Below are positions 1 through 8,088 of a DNA stretch of 29,111 nt, piece after piece. Each line of letters begins with the position of its first letter. The first letter of the stretch is position 1. The DNA is from Candidatus Nanohaloarchaea archaeon. GTDB taxonomy: Archaea; Nanohalarchaeota; Nanosalinia; Nanosalinales; Nanosalinaceae. The notes beneath the pieces were generated by a model. It made no database searches, was not told the DNA's origin, and saw nothing but the letters and a program-made list of their open reading frames with translations. Location: positions 1-29,111 of the forward strand of contig JBDGSE010000029.1 of assembly GCA_042217695.1 (NCBI GenBank). The letters run 5' to 3'. A program made the position numbers and the translations under genes.

Positions 1-55
1 GCCTCAGGTGTTCAGGAACAGCGGAAGGCCCCGGGTTCAAATCCCGGCGAGTCCA
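1..55 (+). tRNA. tRNA, 3' part only, probably tRNA-Ala (possibly intron-containing)
   Basis: T-arm CCGGG-TTCAAAT-CCCGG, then acceptor 3' strand CGAGTCC and discriminator A. U70 fits the Ala G3.U70 identity element. The bases before the anticodon-stem 3' strand GCGGA do not read as an Ala anticodon loop, suggesting an intron at 37/38. The anticodon is outside the window. Confidence 0.8.
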
Positions 56-153
56 AACCTACCCCGTATTCGAATCTCTGTTCTGATATCGTATTTACCG
101 TATAGTAACAAAAATATCGAAAGTTTTATATTCTCGAAGAATAAATAACAAAT

Positions 154-1134
154 ATGGATGAATCTGATTTGGAAAAGCTAAAAGGACAAGTCGAAGGCGA
201 GGTAGGCAACGATTATGACTGGACGCCTGTAGAGGAGGGTTTGAACACTATCTATAAGCTTGAATCCGAAGATGAACAATATATTCTCAAAGTTCATACT
301 AATGAAGAAAACGAGGTAGGGTGGTTTAGAGCCGAACCCGAAATCTACGAATTAGTAGCAAACAATACTGATGTCCCCTCTCCTGAAGTAATCTACAAGG
401 ACTTTTCCGAGGAGGATTACGCAAACTCATTCTACCTAATGGAGAAACTGCCAGGAGAGAACCCAGATAAAATAAAACAAGACTTGACAAACGAGGAACT
501 CGGCAACCTGATGTATCAATATGGAGAAATTCTCGGGAAGATTCACAATATTCCTACATCCTTCGAAAACTACGGACTACTCTCTGCCGAAGATGGCGAA
601 CTCCAAACCACAGATGACACAGAGAAATGGACATGGTCACTACAAGGAACAATTGATTCTTGGGCAGATATCGTAGAGGATAAATGGGACGAACCTGTAG
701 AAATAGAAACGCCAGAAGAAAAAATAAGAGAACGGATACCTGAAGAACCTGAATCTATCCTTATCCACTCGGATAACCGACTTGACAATCTGCTTGTTGA
801 AGGAGATGAAGTCACAGGTTTCATAGATTGGAGTCATCCGAGAACAGGACATAACGAATACGACCTGGCAAGGGCAGAATACTTGCTGATAGACTGGGAC
901 TTGCACTTTAAGGATGATGAAACCAAAGAATCCTTGAGAGAGAACCTTTACAAAGGCTATAGGCAGAACAACTCGATTGATGAAGGATTTGATGAGAGGC
1001 GAGAAGTTTATAGGTTTGCCACGACTGCCTGGCTTGCTGCAGGATTCGCCAACTGGGGTTCACAGTTCGAGGAAGAAAAACACGCAGAAATGAGAGAAGG
1101 TATTATAGAAAGACTTGAAGAAGAATCTCTCTAA
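154..1134 (+). CDS. Aminoglycoside phosphotransferase / choline kinase family protein
   Basis: Motifs YILKV, VPSPEV, YLMEKLPG, catalytic HSDNRLDNLL and GFIDW. TTTTATA box at 124-130. Confidence 0.85.
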   Translation: MDESDLEKLKGQVEGEVGNDYDWTPVEEGLNTIYKLESEDEQYILKVHTNEENEVGWFRAEPEIYELVANNTDVPSPEVIYKDFSEEDYANSFYLMEKLPGENPDKIKQDLTNEELGNLMYQYGEILGKIHNIPTSFENYGLLSAEDGELQTTDDTEKWTWSLQGTIDSWADIVEDKWDEPVEIETPEEKIRERIPEEPESILIHSDNRLDNLLVEGDEVTGFIDWSHPRTGHNEYDLARAEYLLIDWDLHFKDDETKESLRENLYKGYRQNNSIDEGFDERREVYRFATTAWLAAGFANWGSQFEEEKHAEMREGIIERLEEESL

Positions 1135-1305
1135 GTCCCAAGCCTAAATATGAGAAAATTTTCCCCATCAAACTAAGCTAAATAAAACTTCGTTAAACAT
1201 AGTTAAACATAGAGAAAGTTGGCTGTAATGCCTTTAACCTGGATTCGAGGTGTGAAAAGGCATGGAGTCCATAACCCTTTAACTCTGCCAGACTATTTCT
1301 CCTGT

Positions 1306-1524
1306 ATGAGTCTAGTCCACTTCGTCGCTGGAGCTGTCGCAGGCTTCGTGGTTGGTATCGGGGCATCGATTTTCTACCTGAGGTGGAAGATGCACCGCCA
1401 GCTCGGAGATATTCAGGAGCAGATGGAGACGGCGATGAACCTCAACGATGAGGTCTCGGAGATGTTCTCCGAGGATATGTCTCCTGGAGAGGATGTTGAC
1501 AGCCCAGAAGAAAAAGATGATTAA
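1306..1524 (+). CDS. Small single-pass membrane protein (72 aa) with acidic tail
   Basis: ATG at 1306, hydrophobic FVAGAVAGFVVGIGASIFYL, then an acidic coiled segment. The upstream TTG extension in the ORF track looks non-coding. Confidence 0.7.
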   Translation: MSLVHFVAGAVAGFVVGIGASIFYLRWKMHRQLGDIQEQMETAMNLNDEVSEMFSEDMSPGEDVDSPEEKDD

Positions 1525-1748
1525 TGGTTTCCGTAGAGCTGGTAGCCGAAGTATACCTGGTAGACGCCGGCGAACCCTATCAGCAGGTAGACCAGGTTCA
1601 CCGCGGTATCACCGAATGGGCTGAAAACTGCTTCCAGCAGGTTGAAGTTGAAGCCTGCGATGTTTCCCAGTCCGATGAGACCGGTGTTTATAGCGGCCAG
1701 AACTACGAGTGTCAGCGAAGCCCACTCCAGGTAGTCAGAGTATTTCAT
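1521..1748 (-). CDS. DUF378-like small membrane protein
   Basis: LVVLAAINTGLIGL...FNFNLLEAVF...VYLLIGFAGVY matches the recalled two-helix DUF378 pattern. Confidence 0.75.
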   Translation of the reverse strand: MKYSDYLEWASLTLVVLAAINTGLIGLGNIAGFNFNLLEAVFSPFGDTAVNLVYLLIGFAGVYQVYFGYQLYGNH

Positions 1749-1804
1749 CCTGCTTCACAGGGATAGGTGCGGATTCCAGTTTAAATAATCCGTTGGTACC
1801 GTTT

Positions 1805-2167
1805 TCAACTGGAGCTCTCTATCCTGTCCGCGGTCTTCTCCATCTCGTCCGCGATACTTCTCAGCTCCTCGATAAAGGCCTCGGTCCTGGCATTGTACTG
1901 TTCCTCTACCTCCACGTTTCTCAGGGCGACCCTGAGGTGGGACTCCTTCACCTTGTGCATCAGTTCGGCCTCATCCAGGGTCCGGTCCACGATGTTCTCC
2001 AGGAGGGATGAGAGGACAGTGTTTATCACGTGGGGAACGTCGCCGTCAAGCGTCTGTTCATCGTCCATCTGTTCGCGGATGATACGTCTTATACGGCCTT
2101 CGGAAAGGGCCAGGTCGTCGTTTTCGAGTTGACCGTAGTCGTCCGGAATCAGTCTTTCGAGGTCCAT
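1805..2167 (-). CDS. Divergent histone-fold protein (120 aa) with C-terminal helical extension
   Basis: Probable start MDLERL at 2167, which avoids overlap with the upstream gene. LSEGRIRRIIRE...DGDVPHVINTVLSSLLENIVDRTLDEA...KVKESHLRVALR aligns by eye with the HMf/NF-Y helix1-helix2-helix3 pattern. Confidence 0.6.
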   Translation of the reverse strand: MDLERLIPDDYGQLENDDLALSEGRIRRIIREQMDDEQTLDGDVPHVINTVLSSLLENIVDRTLDEAELMHKVKESHLRVALRNVEVEEQYNARTEAFIEELRSIADEMEKTADRIESSS

Positions 2168-2199
2168 ACCCACGGAGTCGTATGCAAGCTTCAAAAACG

Positions 2200-2706
2200 T
2201 TACCTGGGCAGGATTTCCTCGAGTCCCTCCATGGCTTTCTCCAGTGCCTCGTCGGGGCTCTCCATCTGTTCCTTCTCCCACATCCGGTACTTCATGTGTA
2301 TGGGGTCGGGAACGGTAGGATCTCTGTGCGGTTTCAATCCTGCGCTCCAGGCCGCCTCAAAATATTCGTCGTACCTCTCCTGGAGTTCATCTATCCGGGA
2401 TAGCAGCGACTCTGGCTCCACAGATTTCCCCCTGTGAAACCGGAAAGTGTTGATATCCTCTACTTCCTCACGGGCCCGGTCCAGCCTCGAGTAGAGTTCC
2501 TCATGGCTCTCCAGTACGTTCACCATGTGGCGGGTCTCATCGAGCAGCATCTCCCGGGAGACCGGATAGCCGTCCTCTGAGTAAAAGTCCTCCACGTAGT
2601 TCTCGTACCGGAGCGCTTCATCAGGGAGAAACTCCTGGGTTTCTTCGGCGGTGTGGATGACTCTGTAGATCTCTTCGATATCCACTTGTTTAGAGGAGAA
2701 ATCCAC
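2200..2706 (-). CDS. Hypothetical acidic protein (168 aa)
   Basis: Acidic helical ORF with host-like codon usage; no family recognised. Confidence 0.65.
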   Translation of the reverse strand: MDFSSKQVDIEEIYRVIHTAEETQEFLPDEALRYENYVEDFYSEDGYPVSREMLLDETRHMVNVLESHEELYSRLDRAREEVEDINTFRFHRGKSVEPESLLSRIDELQERYDEYFEAAWSAGLKPHRDPTVPDPIHMKYRMWEKEQMESPDEALEKAMEGLEEILPR

Positions 2707-2751
2707 ATATAAAAACGTTCCTCTCGGGAGGTATACTGTTCTGGTGATAAC

Positions 2752-4227
2752 TTGAGTTTCAGAGACCTGTTCAAGTCAAAGGACGAGATAGACCTGATAG
2801 AGGGAGACATCAGGGATTCGCTGTTCTACCTGTCGCTCCCGATAGTCATGATCAACCTCCTCAGGGTTGCCTACAACCTGGCCGACACGTTCTGGCTTGG
2901 ACAGCTCTCCAAGGAGGCGCTTGCAGGTATAACCTTCGCGTTCCCGATAATATTTTTCCTGATATCGCTGGGGATGGGTCTCTCCGTCGCAGGAAGTGTT
3001 CTGGTTGCACAGTACGAAGGCTCCGGGAGGAGAGAGGATGTAGGTTTTGCCGCCTCCCAGACGGTCACATTCAGCCTTATCGCGGCCCTCCTGCTCGGCG
3101 GGATGGGGTACTTCATAGTGGGAGACCTCCTCCAGCTGGTAGGTGCTGGGCCTGAGGTGCTTCCGCTTGCCACAGGTTACCTCCAGACAATAAGCCTGGG
3201 ACTGTTCTCCATGTTCGGCTTCGCGGTCTTTATCTCGCTGATGCGTGGCTTCGGGGAGACCGTGACACCGATGCTGGTGATGCTTGGTTCCGTGGTCCTG
3301 AATATAGTACTCGACCCCTTCCTGATATTCGGCTGGTCCTTCTTCCCCGCGCTTGGGATCGAGGGCGCGGCCATCGCAACGATTTTCAGCCGTTTCCTCG
3401 CCCTGCTGACAGGACTGGCGATACTTTTCCGCGGCAAGGAAGGTCTCCAGATAACCCTGCCCCAGATGGTGCCCGACCTGGAGTTCCTGAAGAAGATGCT
3501 TCGCATAGGTATCCCGGCATCGATAGAAGGTACCGGGCGTTCGATATCAGTGAACGCGATAGTTGCCATCGTCGGAATGTTCTCCACATCGGTCGTGGCT
3601 GGGTACGGCATCGGGATCAGGATCTTCTCGCTCATATTCCTCCCGGCCAACGCCACAGCCCGCGGCGTCTCCACCATGACGGGTCAGAACCTTGGCGCCG
3701 ACAACCAGGAACGAGCAGAGAGGACCAACTACGTCGGCGCGAAATACATGTTCGCCATACTATCGACTGTCGGGGTAGTGGTGTTCCTTGCCGCCGAACC
3801 CATCGCCTCGGTATTCACGAACAGCTCCGAGGTCACCGCGGTCGCAACACAGTTCCTCCGGATTGCCGCACTCACGTTCGGTTTCATAGGAATCCAGAGG
3901 TCTTTCGTCGGAGGGTTCCGTGGTGCCGGAAGCACCACAGCCGCCGCAGTGATATCGATAGCGACACTGGGCGCGATAAGGTTGCCCGCCGCGTTCGCCC
4001 TCTCAAGGATCTACGGAGCCACAGGGATCTGGATGGCGTTCCCCATCTCAAACGTTGCAGGGGCGTTGATAGCCTGGCTCTGGTTCCGGAGAGGTTCATG
4101 GAAGGAGAAAGTGGTCGATGAGAAGGGAGAGGTCGCCGAGGAACTGGACGAATACGGCGAAACCGTTACTGAGAGGTTCTCCAGCAAGATACAGGAACTG
4201 ATATCCTGGTTCCACAACACTATTTGA
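2752..4227 (+). CDS. MATE family efflux transporter
   Basis: About 12 TM segments; motifs YNLADTFWLGQL, NIVLDPFLIFG and LGIEGAAIAT. TTG start preceded by a GGTGA Shine-Dalgarno. Confidence 0.95.
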   Translation: MSFRDLFKSKDEIDLIEGDIRDSLFYLSLPIVMINLLRVAYNLADTFWLGQLSKEALAGITFAFPIIFFLISLGMGLSVAGSVLVAQYEGSGRREDVGFAASQTVTFSLIAALLLGGMGYFIVGDLLQLVGAGPEVLPLATGYLQTISLGLFSMFGFAVFISLMRGFGETVTPMLVMLGSVVLNIVLDPFLIFGWSFFPALGIEGAAIATIFSRFLALLTGLAILFRGKEGLQITLPQMVPDLEFLKKMLRIGIPASIEGTGRSISVNAIVAIVGMFSTSVVAGYGIGIRIFSLIFLPANATARGVSTMTGQNLGADNQERAERTNYVGAKYMFAILSTVGVVVFLAAEPIASVFTNSSEVTAVATQFLRIAALTFGFIGIQRSFVGGFRGAGSTTAAAVISIATLGAIRLPAAFALSRIYGATGIWMAFPISNVAGALIAWLWFRRGSWKEKVVDEKGEVAEELDEYGETVTERFSSKIQELISWFHNTI

Positions 4228-4253
4228 AAATAACCCACAAAAAAGATTTACAG

Positions 4254-4328
4254 GCCCGAATAGTGTAGTCTGGCCAATCATCTCACCCTCTCGAGGTGAA
4301 GACCCGGGTTCAAATCCCGGTTCGGGCA
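4254..4328 (+). tRNA. tRNA-Glu(CTC)
   Basis: Acceptor GCCCGAA/TTCGGGC, anticodon arm TCACC-CT CTC GA-GGTGA, T-arm CCGGG-TTCAAAT-CCCGG. Confidence 0.96.
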
Positions 4329-4329
4329 T
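4317..4329 (+). repeat. 13-bp direct repeat copy 1 (CCGGTTCGGGCAT, tRNA-Glu 3' end; putative att core)
   Basis: Identical to 6704-6716. Confidence 0.8.
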
Positions 4330-4480
4330 CCTATTAACGTTTCAACGTCTCTCCTATCCTCTCCTCCCTTCGATTGATTTTTCAAGAGAAATCTAGTCTT
4401 TGATACTTTTAAAATCTAGGTTGGAGCTAAGTCTGAGCCCATGCCAATATGACAAAATTTGTTCCGTCTATCAGGTCAAA

Positions 4481-5329
4481 TTACGATCCTTTTGGACGAA
4501 TTAAAACTTCGGTAGACATTTCTTCACTATTATCAGATAAGTCATCTTCGAAACCGCGAGGGTTGTTAATTCCCAGATTAGTATCGTATATAAAGAAAAT
4601 TAGGTGGTTGCAATTTGGAAGGCTCTTATAATGTTCTTTGTCTTCAGAAATTTCTTTTTTAAGTTCTCTTTTTGTCTTATTCTCGCCATATTTAAGCTCG
4701 ATTCCAACTTCCTCTCTCTTGAGTAAAAAGTCTATCCTAGAGGGCGAACCTCCATGTTTTGGCCCATAGTCTTCTGGGCGTATATCATCAAAATCAAGTC
4801 TTAGTAACCCAGCAAAAAGATATTGAAGATCATACTCATCCTCTATCCGTACGGGAGGTCTATCATTATGTCTGGTATCAAGCTCTCTAGCAACACTATG
4901 TACCCTTTGACAAACTCTCTTAATTCTCTGTATGCCAATATCTGAAATTTCATCTTCCTTTTCAGAATTATTTGACTCATCGATTTTACTCTCGATTATT
5001 GATATAGTCCTATCCATTTCCTTCATCATTTCCTTTCTTGCACTTTCAGGATTATTCGATATCTCCCCATGCATCCTTGACGCAAAATCAAATGAGTAAT
5101 CTAATTCCAATTTCTTCGGCAGCATTTCATCATTAATAACATCTCTAAGATTTTCTCTGAGAGGTAGATAGTTATTCCTGTAAAGATCTCTGAGACGCGA
5201 TGTATCTATCTCTGACGATTCTCCCGGTATTCCAATATGTTTCTCTGTATCTTCAACTTCGTCATGTATAAATTCCGCCTCTTTCCTAAGAGAAATGAGC
5301 TCTGCAGAACCAGCTTGTTCATCCGCCAT
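4481..5329 (-). CDS. PD-(D/E)xK nuclease, REase_DpnII-MboI-like C-terminal domain, with unknown helical N-terminal domain
   Basis: IEDEYDLQYLFAGLLRLDFDDIRPED...SRIDFLL...IELKY...DKEHY...CNHLIFFIYD matches the recalled REase_DpnII-MboI pattern. Confidence 0.8.
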   Translation of the reverse strand: MADEQAGSAELISLRKEAEFIHDEVEDTEKHIGIPGESSEIDTSRLRDLYRNNYLPLRENLRDVINDEMLPKKLELDYSFDFASRMHGEISNNPESARKEMMKEMDRTISIIESKIDESNNSEKEDEISDIGIQRIKRVCQRVHSVARELDTRHNDRPPVRIEDEYDLQYLFAGLLRLDFDDIRPEDYGPKHGGSPSRIDFLLKREEVGIELKYGENKTKRELKKEISEDKEHYKSLPNCNHLIFFIYDTNLGINNPRGFEDDLSDNSEEMSTEVLIRPKGS

Positions 5330-5531
5330 GGTTTTTAAGTATGGAATAAATTACAAGTAAATTCGCATTGAAATGCTGGAAGAATTACGAGAGAGAAACC
5401 CGGGAGGATATGATCTGAGAACTGTGGAAAAAGCATATTACAAGAAATATCGAGTCGAAAATCAGATAGGCTAGAGTCCTCGACGGAGGGCTAAATTAAC
5501 TTAAGATTTTGTAGCCATAAGAGACGATAGA

Positions 5532-5705
5532 ATGAGCCTCGGTAAGCTGTTATTTGGATACTATCTTGGTAAAAGTTCTGAGAAGAGGAAGGAGAAGCGC
5601 AGGAAGAAGGCAAGAATGCTTTTCAAGGGGTTCAAAGCAGTATTTCTGGCCTTCATAGCTGTGGCTCTAGGATTTGCATCGATCCTTAAGAGCATCAAGA
5701 ATTAG
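5532..5705 (+). CDS. Small basic membrane protein (57 aa), not in ORF track
   Basis: MSLGKLLFGYYLGKSSEKRKEKRRKKARMLFKGFKAVFLAFIAVALGFASILKSIKN. Its stop abuts the stop of the convergent gene at 5706. Confidence 0.55.
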   Translation: MSLGKLLFGYYLGKSSEKRKEKRRKKARMLFKGFKAVFLAFIAVALGFASILKSIKN

Positions 5706-6053
5706 TTAAGCCAGGCTGACAGCTGGTGTCGTACTGTTTATTATTCCTTCCTGGACTACGTCTTCTGTTTTCTGGTATATTTCGGCCGTGACTACTAGGC
5801 TTCCGTCTTCAAACCATCGGTATTCAAGGTTTGCATCGTCGATTTTCTGGAGGAATTCTACAGGGTCTTCAACTTCCTGCGAGAAATGGATTATTTCGGA
5901 CGCGTTCAAGAGTTGAATCCCGATAACCCTGCTCTGGTTATCAAAGTCTATCGTCATATTCCCGAGACTTATTGACTGCTTGATCTTCTTGCCGCTCTCT
6001 TTAACGGTCAGGCAGTCGCTTTCAAGGTCGTATCGGGTATCTACGTTAGGCAT
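5706..6053 (-). CDS. DUF2283-like protein (putative antitoxin)
   Basis: RYDLESDCLTV...SISLGNMTIDFDNQSRVIGIQLLNASE is the DUF2283 pattern. Confidence 0.8.
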   Translation of the reverse strand: MPNVDTRYDLESDCLTVKESGKKIKQSISLGNMTIDFDNQSRVIGIQLLNASEIIHFSQEVEDPVEFLQKIDDANLEYRWFEDGSLVVTAEIYQKTEDVVQEGIINSTTPAVSLA

Positions 6054-6411
6054 TATCTATCACTTCTTGCGCTTTATTATTAAGTTTTGACACCGTTTTT
6101 ATAAGGGGTTTATCAGGGGTTAGATACAGCACTACTTCGTATACATATCTATTGCTTTTTGGAATTCTAACCTTATAACTCTCATATTGGCTGAGAGTGT
6201 CCTTCTTTGAGTCGTTCTTTATCACGTTGCTGAACTTGTACTGCTTCAGAAGGTTCAAAACGTCGTCGAGATCCAGTTCTAGATAGTCCTCACACCGTTT
6301 TTTGGCGTGTTCATCAATAAAGAACTCGTTGGACGGATATTCAGCCAGTTTCTCCTTCAGTTTTTGAGATAAGTCCACATCAAATACATTCGTATCCGTT
6401 TTCTTAAGCAT
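6046..6411 (-). CDS. DUF4258/RelE-like protein (putative toxin)
   Basis: FFIDEHAKKRC...LDDVLNLL...YEVVLY...LIKTV. Overlaps the DUF2283 gene by 8 nt, the usual gene order for this pair. Confidence 0.6.
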   Translation of the reverse strand: MLKKTDTNVFDVDLSQKLKEKLAEYPSNEFFIDEHAKKRCEDYLELDLDDVLNLLKQYKFSNVIKNDSKKDTLSQYESYKVRIPKSNRYVYEVVLYLTPDKPLIKTVSKLNNKAQEVIDNA

Positions 6412-6703
6412 TTTATCTCTCCCATGCCCAGGATACAGGTTAGAATCCAGAACTCCGGCTTTGAGAAATAACTTGGAATCAGGTCTGAAAACTGTAACGA
6501 CTATACGCCTTACTGATCTTCGAGCTTTGGGTGAAAGATCTAGACTAGAATTATCGAATAACGGTCAAAAGCCGTGTGAAAGCTTTGAATGAAAGGTATA
6601 GTTTTCCCCGGCTTGTTTCCGATGGGCTATATATTGAACCAGAGAATTTTCACTTGAGAAACACAGGGTTTCGTTTGCGGGCTTTGGACCGTGTTTCGCT
6701 TGT

Positions 6704-6716
6704 CCGGTTCGGGCAT
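6704..6716 (+). repeat. 13-bp direct repeat copy 2 (CCGGTTCGGGCAT; putative attR)
   Basis: Identical to the tRNA-Glu 3' end at 4317-4329. Confidence 0.8.
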
Positions 6717-6771
6717 TTAACCTTCAAATAGAGGTGGGCACAGTTTAGGTTTGTGTAGACTAACAGGGATG

Positions 6772-7497
6772 TTAAACTTCCCGATCAGTATTTAGCTTGA
6801 TTTCCTCTCTTTCAGGGATTTCTCGAATATCGTGGATGATGTAGTCTGCACTGGTTTCTCGGTCTTCGGCAGCTCTACTGAGAAGTACTGCGTCGACTCC
6901 GGCGTTATGACCTGCCTTCACATCGTTCTCACTGTCCCCGATTACCAGAAAATTATCTGCTGGAAGTTTTTCTATAGCTTGTTCTATCAGGTAAGGGCTG
7001 GGCTTTTTCCGCTTCAGGAAAACTTCAAAGTTGTCGTAAAGAAGCCCTCCTACAAAATCGAAGTATTCCTCGAAACCATGTGTCTCCACGAAAACTTCCG
7101 CGGTGTACTCTTCTGCGTTTGTTACAATGCCCATAGCTACGCCCGAGCTGTGAAGCTCTTCTAGGGTTTTATCCACGTTTTCAAAGACTTCTAACTGCTG
7201 GTCGCGGATAAGGCTTCTTTTCTTTTCCTGCAGGTTCTCTTTGATTTCTCTGACGTGTTCCCAGCTTACGCCTTCCTCTTTCAGGTAGTTCTCCAGTTCT
7301 CTCCGGGTTCCACGGTTAACGTATCTGTTATACTCATCGTGATCCATGCTCCATCCAAGTTCTTCGGCAGTGTCCATCCTGACCCTGAGATCGTAATCTA
7401 AATCGGTTGAGACCGAATCCAGCAAAACACCGTCAAGGTCCCATATAATGCCTTCATATCCGGGCTGGCCGCCGTCTGTTCCCGTTGGGATATTCAT
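6772..7497 (-). CDS. HAD-superfamily hydrolase (phosphoglycolate phosphatase-like)
   Basis: Motif I WDLDGVLLDS, motif II IVTN, motif III KPSP, motif IV IGDSENDVKAG. Confidence 0.92.
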   Translation of the reverse strand: MNIPTGTDGGQPGYEGIIWDLDGVLLDSVSTDLDYDLRVRMDTAEELGWSMDHDEYNRYVNRGTRRELENYLKEEGVSWEHVREIKENLQEKKRSLIRDQQLEVFENVDKTLEELHSSGVAMGIVTNAEEYTAEVFVETHGFEEYFDFVGGLLYDNFEVFLKRKKPSPYLIEQAIEKLPADNFLVIGDSENDVKAGHNAGVDAVLLSRAAEDRETSADYIIHDIREIPEREEIKLNTDREV

Positions 7498-7563
7498 GTA
7501 CTGGAAAGAAGAATCTAAAATTGATTAAAGTACCTCTCGTAACAGTTCAACTCCGGGCATCTG

Positions 7564-7842
7564 TTACTGGACGTATTTCTGTACGTTCGGCGGGAGTTCT
7601 GGCAGGTCGCCTTCCTTGGACTGGTGGCGGATAACTGATCCGATCGCCTGCCCGACCATGGACTCGTACTTTTCCACGAGCTCGCCCAGGGCCTCTTCCC
7701 CGTTCCCATCCAGTTCTTCGATGTTTCCGTCGTCGTCCACGGTGAGGCTGGGGACTTCGTTCGCCTTCTTTACTGCCATGTCTCCGATGGTCTGTTTCTC
7801 CTCCGTGACTATGCCCGAAATTATGTCCTGGTAGTCTGGCAT
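7564..7842 (-). CDS. Small acidic hypothetical protein (92 aa)
   Basis: Probable start MPDYQD at 7842. Acidic, host-like composition, whereas the upstream extension is AT-rich promoter-like sequence. Confidence 0.7.
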   Translation of the reverse strand: MPDYQDIISGIVTEEKQTIGDMAVKKANEVPSLTVDDDGNIEELDGNGEEALGELVEKYESMVGQAIGSVIRHQSKEGDLPELPPNVQKYVQ

Positions 7843-8088
7843 AATGGTTAGAGTTGTGTCCTTAGATAAGAAGTTTATGGCGCTTTTATCTATATCGACC
7901 ACTAGAGGATTATATGTTCGTTCTAAGTTCACATTTAACCTCTGAAACGTTTTTACCAGTTTCCTGTTGTACTTGTTGGTAAAAGAGTCTATATTTGAAA
8001 TTTTTACAGGTTATAAAGCCTTTAGAAAGTCGTATTGGTTCTAAAACTTTATAAAAAACGTTTGTGTAACTTTAACCAGGGTTCATCG

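Larger units (their letters stand above)
4330..6716. mobile_element. tRNA-Glu-integrated genomic islet remnant, no integrase
   Basis: Bounded by a duplication of the tRNA 3' end, visibly AT-richer than the genes upstream, and carrying nuclease and TA-like cargo. Confidence 0.7.

Noticed and set aside
4096..4329. ORF MPEPGFEPGSSPREG...
   Set aside because: It is the antisense translation of tRNA-Glu.
5373..5474. 33-aa ORF MLEELRERNPGGYDLRTVEKAYY... in the islet
   Set aside because: It may be a gene fragment but is too short to support a call.
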